Assembly: GCA_035277305.1 (NCBI GenBank)
Contig: DATEKT010000195.1
Span: forward strand, 6,329 to 70,328
Length of the DNA stretch: 64,000 bases
Reading direction: 5' to 3'
Origin: Steroidobacteraceae bacterium
Lineage (GTDB): Bacteria; Pseudomonadota; Gammaproteobacteria; Steroidobacterales; Steroidobacteraceae
Shown: positions 16,858 through 27,619 of the stretch, one piece after another
Layout of the letters: each line of letters begins with the position of its first letter
How positions within the stretch are numbered: the stretch's first letter is position 1
Notes under the pieces: generated by a model
What the model was told of the DNA's origin: nothing
What the model saw: only the letters and a program-made list of their open reading frames with translations
The model's database searches: none
Position numbers and translations under genes: made by a program

Positions 16858-18888
16858 CTAAGTCGCGGTCTTCTTCTTTCTCTTCGCTGCGGGTTTAGGC
16901 GCAGGTTCCGCCGCAGCAGGCTCCGCTGCGGGAGCTTCGCCCGCCGGCCGGTTCATGCGCTCGCGCACCAGGCTGTCGACGACCGACGGATCGGCGAGCG
17001 TCGACGTGTCGCCCAGCTGGTCGTGCTCGTTCGCGGCGATCTTGCGCAGGATGCGGCGCATGATCTTGCCGGAACGCGTTTTCGGCAGGCTCGGCGCCCA
17101 TTGCAGCAGATCGGGTGCGGCGATTGCGCCGATCTCCTTGCGCACCCACTCCCGCAACTCGCCGCGCAGCGCTTCGCTCGGCGCTTCGCCGGCGTTGAGC
17201 GTGACGTAGGCGTAAATGCCCTGGCCCTTGATGTCGTGCGGGTAGCCGACCACCGCAGCTTCAGCGACCTTGGGATACGCGACCAGCGCGCTCTCGATCT
17301 CGGCGGTGCCGAGGCGATGTCCCGCGACGTTGAGTACGTCATCGACGCGGCCGGTGATCCAGTAATAACCGTCCTCGTCGCGCTTCGCGCCGTCGCCGGT
17401 GAAGTAGCGGCCGGGGAACGTGCGGAAATACGTCTCGATGAAGCGCTGATGATCGCCGAACACCGTGCGCATCTGGCCCGGCCAGCTGTCGGTGATCACG
17501 AGGTTGCCCTCGGCGACGCCTTCGAGCGTCTTGCCTTCGCCGTCGACGATCGCCGGCTTCACGCCGAAGAACGGCAGCGTCGCCGAGCCGGGCTTCTGAT
17601 CGATCGCGCCCGGCAGCGGGCTGATGAGGATGCCGCCGGTCTCCGTCTGCCACCACGTGTCGACGACCGGGCAGCGGCCGTCACCGACCACCCGGTGATA
17701 CCACTCCCACGCTTCGGGGTTGATCGGCTCGCCGACCGAGCCGAGCAGGCGCAGCGAGCTGCGCGACCAGCTCTTCACCGGCGCGTCGCCTTCGCGCATC
17801 AGCGCGCGGATAGCCGTCGGCGCAGTGTAGAAAATCGTGACCTTGTGCTTGTCGACGGTCTGCCAGAAACGTCCGGCGTCAGGATAGTTCGGCACGCCTT
17901 CGAACATCAGCGACGTCGCGCCGTTGGCAAGCGGCCCGTACACGATGTAGCTGTGGCCCGTGACCCAGCCGACGTCGGCTGTGCACCAGTAGATGTCGTC
18001 CTCGCGCAAGTCGAAGATCAGCTCGTGCGTCATCGACGCATACACGAGATAGCCGCCGGTCGTATGCAGCACACCCTTCGGTTTGCCGGTGGAACCGGAC
18101 GTATAGAGGATGAACAGCGGATCCTCCGCGGCCATGACCTCGGGCGGACATTCCTTCGGCTGAGCCGCGAGCGCCTCCTCGAACCAGCGATCGCGCCCCG
18201 CCTGCATCGGCACCAGCGAGCCGAGCCGCCGCACCACCAGCACGTGCTTCACCACGTCGCTGCCCGGCGCCGCGAGAGCAGCATCGACATTTGCCTTGAG
18301 CGGAATGCGTTTGCCGCCGCGCAGCCCTTCGTCCGCGGTGATCACGACTGCCGAGGCGCAATCGGCAATCCGACCGGCGAGCGACTCGGGCGAGAAGCCG
18401 CCGAACACGACGGAGTGCACCGCACCGATGCGCGTGCACGCGAGCATCGCCACTGCCGTTTCCGGAATCATCGGCATGTAGATCGTGACGCGGTCGCCCT
18501 TGCGCACGCCGAGCGCCTTGAGCGCGTTCGCGCACTGGCATACGCGCTCGTACAGCTGGCGATACGTGAGGCGCTCAGTCATGCGTGGGTCGTCGCCTTC
18601 CCAGAGGATGGCGGTCTTGTCGCCGCGCTTCGTGAGGTGGCGGTCGAGACAGTTCGCCGCGACGTTCAGCTTGCCGTCGTAGAACCAGCGGATGCGGAAG
18701 TCCTTCTCGTCGTAGCTCGTGTCCTTCACCTTCGAGTACGGCTGGATCCAGTCGAGGCGCCGGCCGATGCGCGACCAGAACGCGTGCGGGTCGCGCACCG
18801 ACTCCTGGTAGTGCCTCAGGTAGTCGGCGTGTTTCAGGTGGGCGAGGGCGGCGAAATCTTCGGGGACCTTGTAAATCCTGGAGCTCAT
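16858..18888 (-). CDS. acs: Acetyl-CoA synthetase
   Basis: [29 protein letters not shown] and [12 protein letters not shown]. Confidence 0.97.
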   Translation of the reverse strand: MSSRIYKVPEDFAALAHLKHADYLRHYQESVRDPHAFWSRIGRRLDWIQPYSKVKDTSYDEKDFRIRWFYDGKLNVAANCLDRHLTKRGDKTAILWEGDDPRMTERLTYRQLYERVCQCANALKALGVRKGDRVTIYMPMIPETAVAMLACTRIGAVHSVVFGGFSPESLAGRIADCASAVVITADEGLRGGKRIPLKANVDAALAAPGSDVVKHVLVVRRLGSLVPMQAGRDRWFEEALAAQPKECPPEVMAAEDPLFILYTSGSTGKPKGVLHTTGGYLVYASMTHELIFDLREDDIYWCTADVGWVTGHSYIVYGPLANGATSLMFEGVPNYPDAGRFWQTVDKHKVTIFYTAPTAIRALMREGDAPVKSWSRSSLRLLGSVGEPINPEAWEWYHRVVGDGRCPVVDTWWQTETGGILISPLPGAIDQKPGSATLPFFGVKPAIVDGEGKTLEGVAEGNLVITDSWPGQMRTVFGDHQRFIETYFRTFPGRYFTGDGAKRDEDGYYWITGRVDDVLNVAGHRLGTAEIESALVAYPKVAEAAVVGYPHDIKGQGIYAYVTLNAGEAPSEALRGELREWVRKEIGAIAAPDLLQWAPSLPKTRSGKIMRRILRKIAANEHDQLGDTSTLADPSVVDSLVRERMNRPAGEAPAAEPAAAEPAPKPAAKRKKKTAT

Positions 18889-18892
18889 TGCG

Positions 18893-19315
18893 TCAGAGTG
18901 CTCCAAGCGCCTGGCGCACGCGCTGCGCGTGCTCGGCGAGCACCGCCTTGTCGGCCCAGTCGCGATTGTGCGAGCGCAACTTCACGCCTTCGTAACAGGG
19001 AATGATGTGGAAGTGGATGTGAAAGACGGTCTGTCCGGCGACGGCCTCGTTGAACTGGATGATGCGCATGCCGCCGGGGTTGAATGCCTGCTGCACGCCG
19101 CGCGCGACGTGCTGCGTCGCCTTGATCAGCTCGCCGAGCACGGCGGGCTCGATGTCGAAGAAATTACGCGCTGGCGCTTTCGGCACCACGAGCGTGTGTC
19201 CTTCGGACATCGGCATCGCGTCCATGAACGCGAGCCCGCGCTCGTCCTCGAATACTTTGAAGGCCGGCATCTCGCCGCGAATGATCTTCGCGAAAATGTT
19301 GTTGTCGTCGTACAT
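18893..19315 (-). CDS. HIT family hydrolase
   Basis: [18 protein letters not shown] and [11 protein letters not shown]. Confidence 0.93.
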   Translation of the reverse strand: MYDDNNIFAKIIRGEMPAFKVFEDERGLAFMDAMPMSEGHTLVVPKAPARNFFDIEPAVLGELIKATQHVARGVQQAFNPGGMRIIQFNEAVAGQTVFHIHFHIIPCYEGVKLRSHNRDWADKAVLAEHAQRVRQALGAL

Positions 19316-19316
19316 G

Positions 19317-19583
19317 TCAGATCCCGGCTTTGGCGAGTGCGTCGACGACCTGGCGGATCGAGGCGCCGAGCGCAGGATGATCGGCCTCGAAGCGCACGGC
19401 CAATGCGTCCAGCTGCTCGATCAGCGACTCGTGCTCGCCGGCCGACGTGGGCTTGCCGAGCAGCCGCGTAATGTCGCCGAGCAACTCGATGAGCCGCTGG
19501 CGCAGCTCGGGATCGTCGACCGACCGCGTGCGGCCCAGCTCCGCGTGCAGGGCCGCGAGCCGGTCTTTCAGTTCTGTCGCCAC
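19317..19583 (-). CDS. DUF4404-like small protein
   Basis: RFEADHPAL...VVDALAKAGI C-terminus; coupled to the HIT gene. Confidence 0.75.
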   Translation of the reverse strand: MATELKDRLAALHAELGRTRSVDDPELRQRLIELLGDITRLLGKPTSAGEHESLIEQLDALAVRFEADHPALGASIRQVVDALAKAGI

Positions 19584-19626
19584 TCTCGCGCCTCCGCTGC
19601 AGGTGAGGCAGCCATTCTAGGTTTTC

Positions 19627-19656
19627 CTGTCGAAAGCGGCCAAGGCCCTTTCGACG
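19627..19656. repeat. 30-bp imperfect palindrome, copy 1
   Basis: CTGTCGAAAGCGGCCAAGGCCCTTTCGACG; 29/30 identical to 35220-35249. Confidence 0.85.
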
Positions 19657-19748
19657 AACAGTCGGCAAAAGGCGCGACTTTTGCCTCCTGAGGTTCTTTT
19701 CGCGCTGCCGGGAGAGGGCTCCGGAAGGAATTGTGGAACGGTGCGCGG

Positions 19749-20237
19749 TCAGTTGTTTCCCGGGTTGTCCTGCGGCTTGTCCTGTGCTGTGCCGGCAGGC
19801 GCTTCCGCGACTTTCTTACGCGTCAGCCGCACGTCGTACTGCTGCTCCAGCTGCGCGAGGTCGGTGTCGTTGAGGCGCTTCATGCCCAGCACCGTCGCGG
19901 GCGTGCGAAAGCCCGGGCTCGAATCCACGGCAACGATGCGATCCATCCCGTAGCCGCACAGCATGCCGTCGTGATTGCGGTCCACCACGGCGATCGTGTT
20001 GGCGAATTTCAGCTCGGGCATCGGCATCGACAGCTCGACCAGGTAAGCCTTGCTGCGCGTCGGCGCCCAGATGATCATCTTGTCGCGATCGAGAACCTTG
20101 AAATCGTTGATGGTGCGAGCGAACACACATTCGTTGCTGCCGGCGCGCGTCGACTTGTCCGTCGATGCAACTGCCGGTGCGCTCACGCCTGCGGCCATAC
20201 TCATGGCGACGGCCGCGAACACCAAAGCGTCTTTCAT
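19749..20237 (-). CDS. Secreted hypothetical protein (DUF6491-like)
   Basis: Signal peptide, CVFARTINDFKVLD and GMLCG..DRI. Confidence 0.7.
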   Translation of the reverse strand: MKDALVFAAVAMSMAAGVSAPAVASTDKSTRAGSNECVFARTINDFKVLDRDKMIIWAPTRSKAYLVELSMPMPELKFANTIAVVDRNHDGMLCGYGMDRIVAVDSSPGFRTPATVLGMKRLNDTDLAQLEQQYDVRLTRKKVAEAPAGTAQDKPQDNPGNN

Positions 20238-20419
20238 AAAAACTCCTAATCTTCTGCACTGTCAGGATGAGACCGGGACGATGAATGAGTGCTTAACTGA
20301 CGCACCCATTTCATGTGCAGGCTAGCGCTGTCAGGCGCGTACTTCTGTCATGGGGACGACACAAGGAAAAACGAGCGTCGCAGCGCCGCCGGACGCGGAT
20401 TTAATGCAGTCTTAAGGAA

Positions 20420-22975
20420 CTATTTCGGGCGCGGGCGGGCACGCGCAGTCGCGACCGCGGTCGTCGGATCGTCCGGCCAGTAGTGCTTTGGATAGCGGCC
20501 TTTCAGCTCCTTCTTCACTTCCGCGTAGCCGCGCGCCCAGAAGCTCGCGAGATCTTTCGTGACCTGCACGGGCCGGTGCGCGGGCGACAGCAATTGCATC
20601 GTCAACGGGACGCGGCCGCCGCCGACGGCTGGCGTGACGGCGAGCCCGAACACTTCCTGCAATCTCACCGCGACCGTCGGCACGGACGAGTAGTCGATCG
20701 GAATCCGCGAGCCGCTAGGCACCTGCAGATGCGTCGGCGCGATCTCATCCAGCCGCTGCCGCTGATTCCAGTCGAGCAGCCCGCCGATGATCGCGGTCAT
20801 GTCCAGTCGCGCGAGATGCTCGCGCCGGCTCATGCCGGTGAGCCACGGCGCCAGCCAGGTTTCGAGGGTTACGGACAGTGCCGCATCGCTCACGTCCGGC
20901 CACTGCTGCGACGCTCGCGTGTCGAACTCGCGCGCGAACGACAAGCGCTGACGTAGCGCGCGCGCTTCCTTGGTCCAGGGCAATGCGTCGAGACCGAGCT
21001 CGGCTATGCCGGTGAGCAGCGCGTTGGTGAGACGCGCGCTGTCAGGATTCTCCAGTCGTCGCTCGCCCAACCGGATCGCGCCGAGCCAACGCTCGTCCTG
21101 CGCAACGACGGCTTGCTCGCGCGCATCCCATTCGAAGCGCTCGCGGTGCTCGATGAGCGCAGCGAAATCGTCTTCGAGGGCGGCGCGCGACACGGGCGCG
21201 GCGAGTCTGATCAGCGCCTCGCGATCGCCTGCGTCGAGATCCGCGACGACCAGGAACTCCGCTTGCCCGATGCTCTGCGCGTCCATCAGGCGCGCGCCGC
21301 GTCCACCGGCGAGCAGGTAGCGACCGCCGCCGCCTCGCGACTGCGCTATCCGGTCGGGATATGCGAGCGCGAGCAGCCGGCCGATGTCTGCGTCCGTATC
21401 GCCGGCACCAGATTGCGAGGCGCGTGCTTCGACCTGTCTTTCCAGAACCTGCACGCTGCGCAGCGCTCGCTGGCGTGCGCCGCCGTCGACGCGCACCTCC
21501 GCTGCGACGTGCGGATCGTCGACACGTCCGCGGCGCAGCGCTTCGATGCGCAACCGCAGATCGGCGTCGCGACGATTGGCGCTCCAGCGCAGCAGATCGC
21601 GCTCACCAAGCACCGCTGCGATCTCCAGTGCGAGGCGCTGCAAGCGGAGTTCAGCTCCGCGCACGATCATGTGCGCCAGTCGCGGATGTGTTCCCAGTCG
21701 CGCGAGTGCGCGACCGTGCTGCGTGATCCGGCCTTGCGCATCGATCGCTTCGAGTGAGCGCAGCAAGTCGCGCGCCTGTGCGAACGTCGCGGCCGGCGGC
21801 GGATCGAGCCAGCGCAAGGTGCGCGGATCGACGATGCCCCACTCGGCCAGATCGAGCGCGACCGGCGCGAGATCCGCCTCGAGAATCTCCGGCGCGGTTT
21901 GCGCGGCGAGCGACGCCTGCTCGGTCTCGGACCACAGTCGATAGCAAACGCCGGGACCGAGACGGCCGGCGCGGCCACGCCGCTGATCGGCGGATGCGCG
22001 CGAGATTCGCACGGTCTCCAGGCCGCTCATGCCAGTCGCGGGATCGAAGCGCGCCCGGCGCGCGAGGCCCGAGTCGACTACGACGCGGACCCCTTCGATC
22101 GTCAGGCTGGTCTCCGCGATGTTCGTGGCGAGAACGATCTTGCGATGGTGCGCGTCGCCGGGCCGCAGCGCTGCATCCTGATCGGCCGGCGACAGGTCGC
22201 CGAACAGCGGCAGCACGCTCACGTGTCGCGGCAAGCTCTGCTCTGCGAGGTACTGCTGCGTGCGGCGGATCTCCGCCTGGCCCGGCAGGAATGCCAGGAT
22301 GTCGCCGGTGTCGTGCTCGATCGACTGCGCGATCGTTCGCGCCATGCGCGCGGCGACGTCGACTTCGCGCACGCCGCGATTCGCGACGGCGCCGGGCAGC
22401 CAATGCGTCGTGACTTCGAACGCACGTCCCGCTGCCGTGACGATCGGCGCGTCGCCGAGCAGGCGCGCGACTGCAGTCGCGTCGAGCGTCGCGGACATCA
22501 CCAGGATCCGCAGGTCCTCGCGCACCTCGGTCTGTGCGTCGAGACACAACGCCAGCCCGAGATCCGCGTTGAGGCTGCGCTCGTGGAACTCGTCGAAGAT
22601 CACCAGCGCGACGCCTTCGAGCGTGGCATCGCGCTGCAGCCAGCGCGTAAGAATGCCTTCGGTCACCACCTCGATGCGCGTGCGCGGGCCGACCTTCGAT
22701 TCGAGGCGGGTGCGAAACCCGACCGTCTGGCCGACAGGTTCGCTCAGCATCTGCGCCATGCGCGTCGCGACCGCGCGCGCTGCGAGTCGACGCGGCTCGA
22801 GCATCACGATCCTGCCGCCCGCGAGCGCGTGCTCGTCGAGGAGCGCGAGCGGCACGCCGGTCGATTTGCCGGCGCCCGGAGGCGCCTGCAGGACGACGCT
22901 CGCATGCGCGGCGATCGCGGCCCGCAGCTCTGGCAGCGCGGCGTCGATCGGCAGATGGAATTGGGGAATCTTCAC
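20420..22975 (-). CDS. hrpB: ATP-dependent RNA helicase HrpB
   Basis: APPGAGKST, EPRRLAA, DEFHER, MSAT, TNIAETSLT, QRRGRAGR and GRYPKHYWP. Confidence 0.96.
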   Translation of the reverse strand: MKIPQFHLPIDAALPELRAAIAAHASVVLQAPPGAGKSTGVPLALLDEHALAGGRIVMLEPRRLAARAVATRMAQMLSEPVGQTVGFRTRLESKVGPRTRIEVVTEGILTRWLQRDATLEGVALVIFDEFHERSLNADLGLALCLDAQTEVREDLRILVMSATLDATAVARLLGDAPIVTAAGRAFEVTTHWLPGAVANRGVREVDVAARMARTIAQSIEHDTGDILAFLPGQAEIRRTQQYLAEQSLPRHVSVLPLFGDLSPADQDAALRPGDAHHRKIVLATNIAETSLTIEGVRVVVDSGLARRARFDPATGMSGLETVRISRASADQRRGRAGRLGPGVCYRLWSETEQASLAAQTAPEILEADLAPVALDLAEWGIVDPRTLRWLDPPPAATFAQARDLLRSLEAIDAQGRITQHGRALARLGTHPRLAHMIVRGAELRLQRLALEIAAVLGERDLLRWSANRRDADLRLRIEALRRGRVDDPHVAAEVRVDGGARQRALRSVQVLERQVEARASQSGAGDTDADIGRLLALAYPDRIAQSRGGGGRYLLAGGRGARLMDAQSIGQAEFLVVADLDAGDREALIRLAAPVSRAALEDDFAALIEHRERFEWDAREQAVVAQDERWLGAIRLGERRLENPDSARLTNALLTGIAELGLDALPWTKEARALRQRLSFAREFDTRASQQWPDVSDAALSVTLETWLAPWLTGMSRREHLARLDMTAIIGGLLDWNQRQRLDEIAPTHLQVPSGSRIPIDYSSVPTVAVRLQEVFGLAVTPAVGGGRVPLTMQLLSPAHRPVQVTKDLASFWARGYAEVKKELKGRYPKHYWPDDPTTAVATARARPRPK

Positions 22976-23044
22976 AGCCGTATGGTAGCGGTTGTGTACA
23001 CTCTGGCACCCGGCGAATACCAATTTACAAACCAGGGGGACTCA

Positions 23045-24292
23045 ATGAAGTCGGCGCGCCAGCTCGGTTCCATCCTGCTGCTCGTTCTGCTCGCCGGCGC
23101 CGTCGCCGCCGCGGATCTCCCGAGCGCGCGGCCCGAAAGCGTCGGCATGTCGACGCAGCGTCTCAGTCGCCTGAAGAGCGAGATGCAGGCGCTCGTCGAC
23201 AGCAATCAGCTCTCGGGCGTCGTGACGATGGTCGCCAGAGACGGCAAGGTGGTGGAGTTCGACGCCGCCGGCAAGCGCGACCTGGAAAGCGCAGCGCCGA
23301 TGCAGAAGGACTCGATCTTCCGCATCTACTCCATGTCGAAGCCGATCACCGGCGTCGCGATGATGATGCTGCTCGAAGAAGGCAAGTGGCAGCTCAACGA
23401 CCCGGTATCGAAGCACATCCCGGAGTTCGCGAATCTCAAGGTGGCGAAGGTGAATCCGCAGACCGGCGCGGTCACGCAGGTGGCGCCCGATCATGCGATG
23501 ACGATGCGCGAGCTGATGTCGCATTCGGGCGGCCTCACGTACGGCCTGTTCGGCAGCACCGCGGTCGACAAGATGTACATGGACGTGAACGTGCTCGACC
23601 GCGACGTGCCGCTGCAGGCGATGATCGAAAAGCTCGGGAAGATTCCGTTGCTGCACCAGCCGGGCGAGCGCTGGCACTACAGCGTGTCGGTCGACGTGCA
23701 GGGTTACCTGGTCGAGAAGCTGTCGGGCCAGCCGTTTCCGGAGTTTCTCAGGCAGCGCATCTTCGCACCGCTCGGCATGAAGGACACCGCGTTCTACGTG
23801 CCGGCGGAGAAGATGAATCGCTTCGTGTCGTTCTACACCTACGACAAGGATCGGAAGTTCGCGCCGCATCCGAGCCCGGACTACTCGAAGCCGCCCACGG
23901 CGCCTTCGGGTGGCGGCGGCCTGGTCTCGACCGCGACCGACTACATGCGCTTCTGCCAGATGCTGCTGAACGGCGGCGAGCTCGACGGCCAGCGGTTGTT
24001 GTCGCCGCTGACGGTGCAGCTGATGCGCTCGAACGTGCTCCCCGCGAGCGCGCGCACTTTTTCGCCGGGCACCGGATTCGGCCTGGACTTCGCGGTCGTC
24101 GAAGATCCGGTCGCGGCCGGCGGCTATGGCGGCGAAGGCACGTTCTACTGGGGCGGCTATGCCGGCACCTGGTTCTGGATCGATCCGGTCTACAACCTGA
24201 TCGTCGTCGGCATGATTCAGCAGCGCGCCGACGGGATGCCGGACGTGCGCGCGCTGTCGCGCAGTCTCACTTACCAGGCGATCGTGAAATGA
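23045..24292 (+). CDS. Secreted serine hydrolase, beta-lactamase (class C-like) family
   Basis: FRIYSMSK (SxxK), LMSHSGG, PGERWHYS and WGGYAGT. Confidence 0.92.
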   Translation: MKSARQLGSILLLVLLAGAVAAADLPSARPESVGMSTQRLSRLKSEMQALVDSNQLSGVVTMVARDGKVVEFDAAGKRDLESAAPMQKDSIFRIYSMSKPITGVAMMMLLEEGKWQLNDPVSKHIPEFANLKVAKVNPQTGAVTQVAPDHAMTMRELMSHSGGLTYGLFGSTAVDKMYMDVNVLDRDVPLQAMIEKLGKIPLLHQPGERWHYSVSVDVQGYLVEKLSGQPFPEFLRQRIFAPLGMKDTAFYVPAEKMNRFVSFYTYDKDRKFAPHPSPDYSKPPTAPSGGGGLVSTATDYMRFCQMLLNGGELDGQRLLSPLTVQLMRSNVLPASARTFSPGTGFGLDFAVVEDPVAAGGYGGEGTFYWGGYAGTWFWIDPVYNLIVVGMIQQRADGMPDVRALSRSLTYQAIVK

Positions 24293-25914
24293 TGGATCAG
24301 TCGCACCGGCGGGTGGTCTTCGCCTCGTCGCTCGGCACGGTGTTCGAGTGGTACGACTTCTACCTGTACGGCTCGCTAGCCGCGATCATCAGCAAGAAGT
24401 TCTTCTCGGGCGTCAACGAGACGACGGCATTCATCTTCGCGTTGATGGCGTTCGCCGCCGGCTTCTTCGTGCGTCCGTTCGGCGCCGTCGTGTTCGGCCG
24501 GCTCGGCGACCTGGTCGGGCGCAAGCACACGTTCCTGATCACGATCGTGATCATGGGCGTGTCGACCGCGCTGGTCGGCTTGCTGCCTTCGTACGAGACG
24601 ATCGGCGTCGCGGCGCCCGTTGCGCTCGTCGCTCTGCGTCTGCTGCAGGGCCTGGCGCTCGGCGGTGAGTATGGCGGCGCTGCATGTTATGTCGGCGAGC
24701 ACGCACCGCCGGGCAAGCGTGGCCTGTACACGAGCTGGATTCAGACGACCGCAACGCTCGGCCTGTTCCTGTCGTTGCTGGTGATTCTCGGCAGCCGCCT
24801 GTGGTTCGGCGCGGAGTTCGAGAACAACGGCTGGCGCGCGCCGTTCCTGCTCTCGATCATCCTGCTCGCGATCTCGGTCTATATCCGCCTGCAGCTGCGC
24901 GAGTCGCCGGTGTTCCTCGAGATGAAAGCCGCCGGCCGCACCTCGCGCGATCCGGTGGGTGAATCGTTCGGGCGCTGGGACAACATGAAGATCGTGCTGC
25001 TGGCGCTGCTCGGCGCGACGGCGGGCCAGGCGGTCGTGTGGTACGGCGGACAGTTCTACTCGCTGTTCTTCCTGACGCAGACGTTGAAGGTCGATGCACA
25101 GACGGCGAACCTGCTGGTCGCCGGCGCGTTGCTGATCGCCACGCCGTTCTTCGTCGTGTTCGGCTGGCTTTCCGATCGCATCGGCCGCAAGAAGATCGTG
25201 CTCGGCGGCTGTCTGCTCGCTGCGCTCACGTACTTCCCGCTGTTCGGCGCGCTCACGCACTATGCGAACCCGGCGATCGAGCAGGCGCGGCAGGCGAGCC
25301 CGATCACCGTCGTCGCCGATCCTGCCGACTGCCATTTCCAGTTCGATCCGATCGGCAAGGCGCGCTTCACGAGCTCCTGCGACATCGTCAAGAGCGTGCT
25401 GGCGAAAGCCGGTGCACCGTATGAAAACGAAGCGGCGCCCGCGGGCGCCGTAGCAGCGGTGCGCGTCGGCGATGTGACCGTCGTGTCTTTCGACGGCCGC
25501 GAGCTGGCTGCGGCGGAGTTCAAGCCGCGGAACGAAGCGTTCGCAGCGCAGTTGGTTGGAGCGTTGAAGGCTGCGGGATATCCGGCGAGCGCCGATCCGG
25601 CGCGGATCAATCACGCGATGGTGCTGCTGCTTCTGTCGGTGCTCGTGCTCTACGTGACGATGGTGTACGGCCCGATCGCAGCGTGGCTCATCGATCTGTT
25701 CCCGGCGCGCATCCGCTACACCTCGATGTCGTTGCCGTATCACGTCGGCAACGGCTGGTTCGGCGGATTCCTGCCGACCGTCTCGTTCGCGCTCGTCGCG
25801 CTCACCGGGGATATCTACTACGGACTGTGGTATCCGATCGTAGTGGCGGTGCTCACCGTGGTGATCGGCGCGCTCTTCCTGCCGGAAAAGCGCGACGACG
25901 TCACTCCAGCGTGA
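24289..25914 (+). CDS. MFS metabolite:H+ symporter (MHS family)
   Basis: GTVFEWYDF, GDLVGRK, QGLALGGEYGG and SDRIGRK. ATGA overlap. Confidence 0.93.
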   Translation: MMDQSHRRVVFASSLGTVFEWYDFYLYGSLAAIISKKFFSGVNETTAFIFALMAFAAGFFVRPFGAVVFGRLGDLVGRKHTFLITIVIMGVSTALVGLLPSYETIGVAAPVALVALRLLQGLALGGEYGGAACYVGEHAPPGKRGLYTSWIQTTATLGLFLSLLVILGSRLWFGAEFENNGWRAPFLLSIILLAISVYIRLQLRESPVFLEMKAAGRTSRDPVGESFGRWDNMKIVLLALLGATAGQAVVWYGGQFYSLFFLTQTLKVDAQTANLLVAGALLIATPFFVVFGWLSDRIGRKKIVLGGCLLAALTYFPLFGALTHYANPAIEQARQASPITVVADPADCHFQFDPIGKARFTSSCDIVKSVLAKAGAPYENEAAPAGAVAAVRVGDVTVVSFDGRELAAAEFKPRNEAFAAQLVGALKAAGYPASADPARINHAMVLLLLSVLVLYVTMVYGPIAAWLIDLFPARIRYTSMSLPYHVGNGWFGGFLPTVSFALVALTGDIYYGLWYPIVVAVLTVVIGALFLPEKRDDVTPA

Positions 25915-27619
25915 ACCACTGCACTTCGACGCGGCGGTTCATCTCGCTGTCCGGTCCCGCGGGGCTCTCCCACCCGCGGCCGACGACCTCGATGCGCGAT
26001 GCGTCGATGTCCTTGTAGCGGTTGCGAAGAGCTTCGCTCACAGCCACTGCGCGCTGCCGCGACAGCTCCATCGCCTTCAGCGCCATGCTCTTGACCAGCT
26101 GTTCGCCGCCTTGCTTGCGAAATTCCTCGACGCGCGCGTTGTCGACGTGCCCAAGCAGCACGACCGTCGAGCCCGGGCTCACCTGCAGGAAGCGCTTGAT
26201 CGTGTCGAGATAGTCGAGGTTCTGCTTCGCGTCCCGGTCGAGCGTCGCCGAGTTCGGCTCGAAGAAGAAGCGGATGTCCTTGCTCAGCAGCGGATCGCCT
26301 TCCAGCGCCGCGCGCGTCGCCGTCTTGATCGGCGCGATCGCAATTCGCTGATCCGCGAACAGCCCCTTCTTGGCGAGCGCCTCGAGCGCGCTGGTGTCCG
26401 CGAAGCGTGCCGCATCCGTCGGGTTCTTCAGCAGATCGCCGTAAGCCAGCACCGAGGACTGGAAGATGCCGCCGAACGAGCCGGCGGAATCGATGGTGCC
26501 GGCGAAGAACGCCTGGTTCTCCGGCAGGTTCGCGAGGTGCACGTGCGCAAGCTCGTCGCGCGCCTCCTCTTCGCTCCACTTGAACGCCTTTGCGACGATG
26601 CCGATGTTCGCGGCCTGCTGGTCGCGCAGCCGGCGGTTGCCTTCGAGAATGCCGTGCACCAGCCCCCGCACCATGTCCGGATGCTCCTTGGCGAAGCCGC
26701 GGTTCACGGCGAGCACGTCGGCGATGACGAGCAGGTTGCGGTTCGAGACCAGCACCTTCGCCTTGCCTTCGGACTTCTCCACGACCTCGTCGGTGCGCGG
26801 CGTCCAGCCGACGCAGCCGTTCAGGCGCGGCTGCGCGCGGCCGAGCTCGTGCGCGTACGCGTCGCAGGCGACGAACGCGTCTTCGTAGAACACGAGACCG
26901 ACCTCGCTCGATGACGGTCGCGAATCCAGGTCGCGCAGCACGACCACCGGCACGCCCGCTTCCTGCGCGAGGTAGCGGATGAAGAACTCGCTCTCGTTGA
27001 ACTGCGAAGCCGCGAGCACCTTGCCCGCGAGCTTGTTGATCGAGGTGACGCCGCTATCGACGACTACCATGTCGGCGCCGCGCGAGTAGCCGATTTGCAC
27101 CGGCACGACGGCTTCGAACTGGCGGCCGAGCACTGCGAGCGCGTCGGTCGTCGTCGCGGTCGCGGCCAGCCGGCCGTTGTTGAGCGGCGACCAGGTCTCG
27201 CTCTCGCTCATCGAGATCTTGACCTTGAAGCCGTACTCCTTCGCGAAGATCGAGTCGGGATTCGGCTCGAGGCCGCCGTTCGCGACGATCAGGCCGCCGT
27301 AGCCGGCGTACTCGCTGATATCGATCTGCAGCACGTTGTCTTTCGGCGTGTACGTCGCGGCGGCATCGAGTGGCGGCGTGCCTTCGACCGGCTCGATCGG
27401 CGTGGGCGCGCCGGTGTCGGGTGCGTCTTTGGCGACAGCTGTCGTCGTGCCCGAGGGCGTCGCAGCCGTCGGCTGCTCCTTCGCGCCCTTGCCGAGCCAC
27501 AAGTACACGCCCAGGCCGATGATGCCGATCAGCAGCAGCAGCGTGATGAGATTGCCCGCGGCGGAGCCGCGCGAGTGAGAACGAGAAATGATCTTCATCA
27601 TGAGTCGCTTCTCCATCAT
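25901..27619 (-). CDS. Membrane-anchored periplasmic-binding-protein-like domain fused to a C-terminal OmpA-like peptidoglycan-binding domain
   Basis: N-terminal TM, SEYAGYGG..SRGADMVV..VGWTP (NMT1/PBP2-like), then FEPNSA, GHVD, LSRQRA and NRRVEV. Confidence 0.8.
   Translation of the reverse strand: MMEKRLMMKIISRSHSRGSAAGNLITLLLLIGIIGLGVYLWLGKGAKEQPTAATPSGTTTAVAKDAPDTGAPTPIEPVEGTPPLDAAATYTPKDNVLQIDISEYAGYGGLIVANGGLEPNPDSIFAKEYGFKVKISMSESETWSPLNNGRLAATATTTDALAVLGRQFEAVVPVQIGYSRGADMVVVDSGVTSINKLAGKVLAASQFNESEFFIRYLAQEAGVPVVVLRDLDSRPSSSEVGLVFYEDAFVACDAYAHELGRAQPRLNGCVGWTPRTDEVVEKSEGKAKVLVSNRNLLVIADVLAVNRGFAKEHPDMVRGLVHGILEGNRRLRDQQAANIGIVAKAFKWSEEEARDELAHVHLANLPENQAFFAGTIDSAGSFGGIFQSSVLAYGDLLKNPTDAARFADTSALEALAKKGLFADQRIAIAPIKTATRAALEGDPLLSKDIRFFFEPNSATLDRDAKQNLDYLDTIKRFLQVSPGSTVVLLGHVDNARVEEFRKQGGEQLVKSMALKAMELSRQRAVAVSEALRNRYKDIDASRIEVVGRGWESPAGPDSEMNRRVEVQWFTLE

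Noticed and set aside
20255-20352. Three CTGTCA hexamers resembling a Pho box
   Set aside because: The spacing is not the 11-bp periodicity required.
20420-22975. hrpB as a type III secretion gene
   Set aside because: It is the DEAH-box RNA helicase of the same name; no T3SS genes are present.
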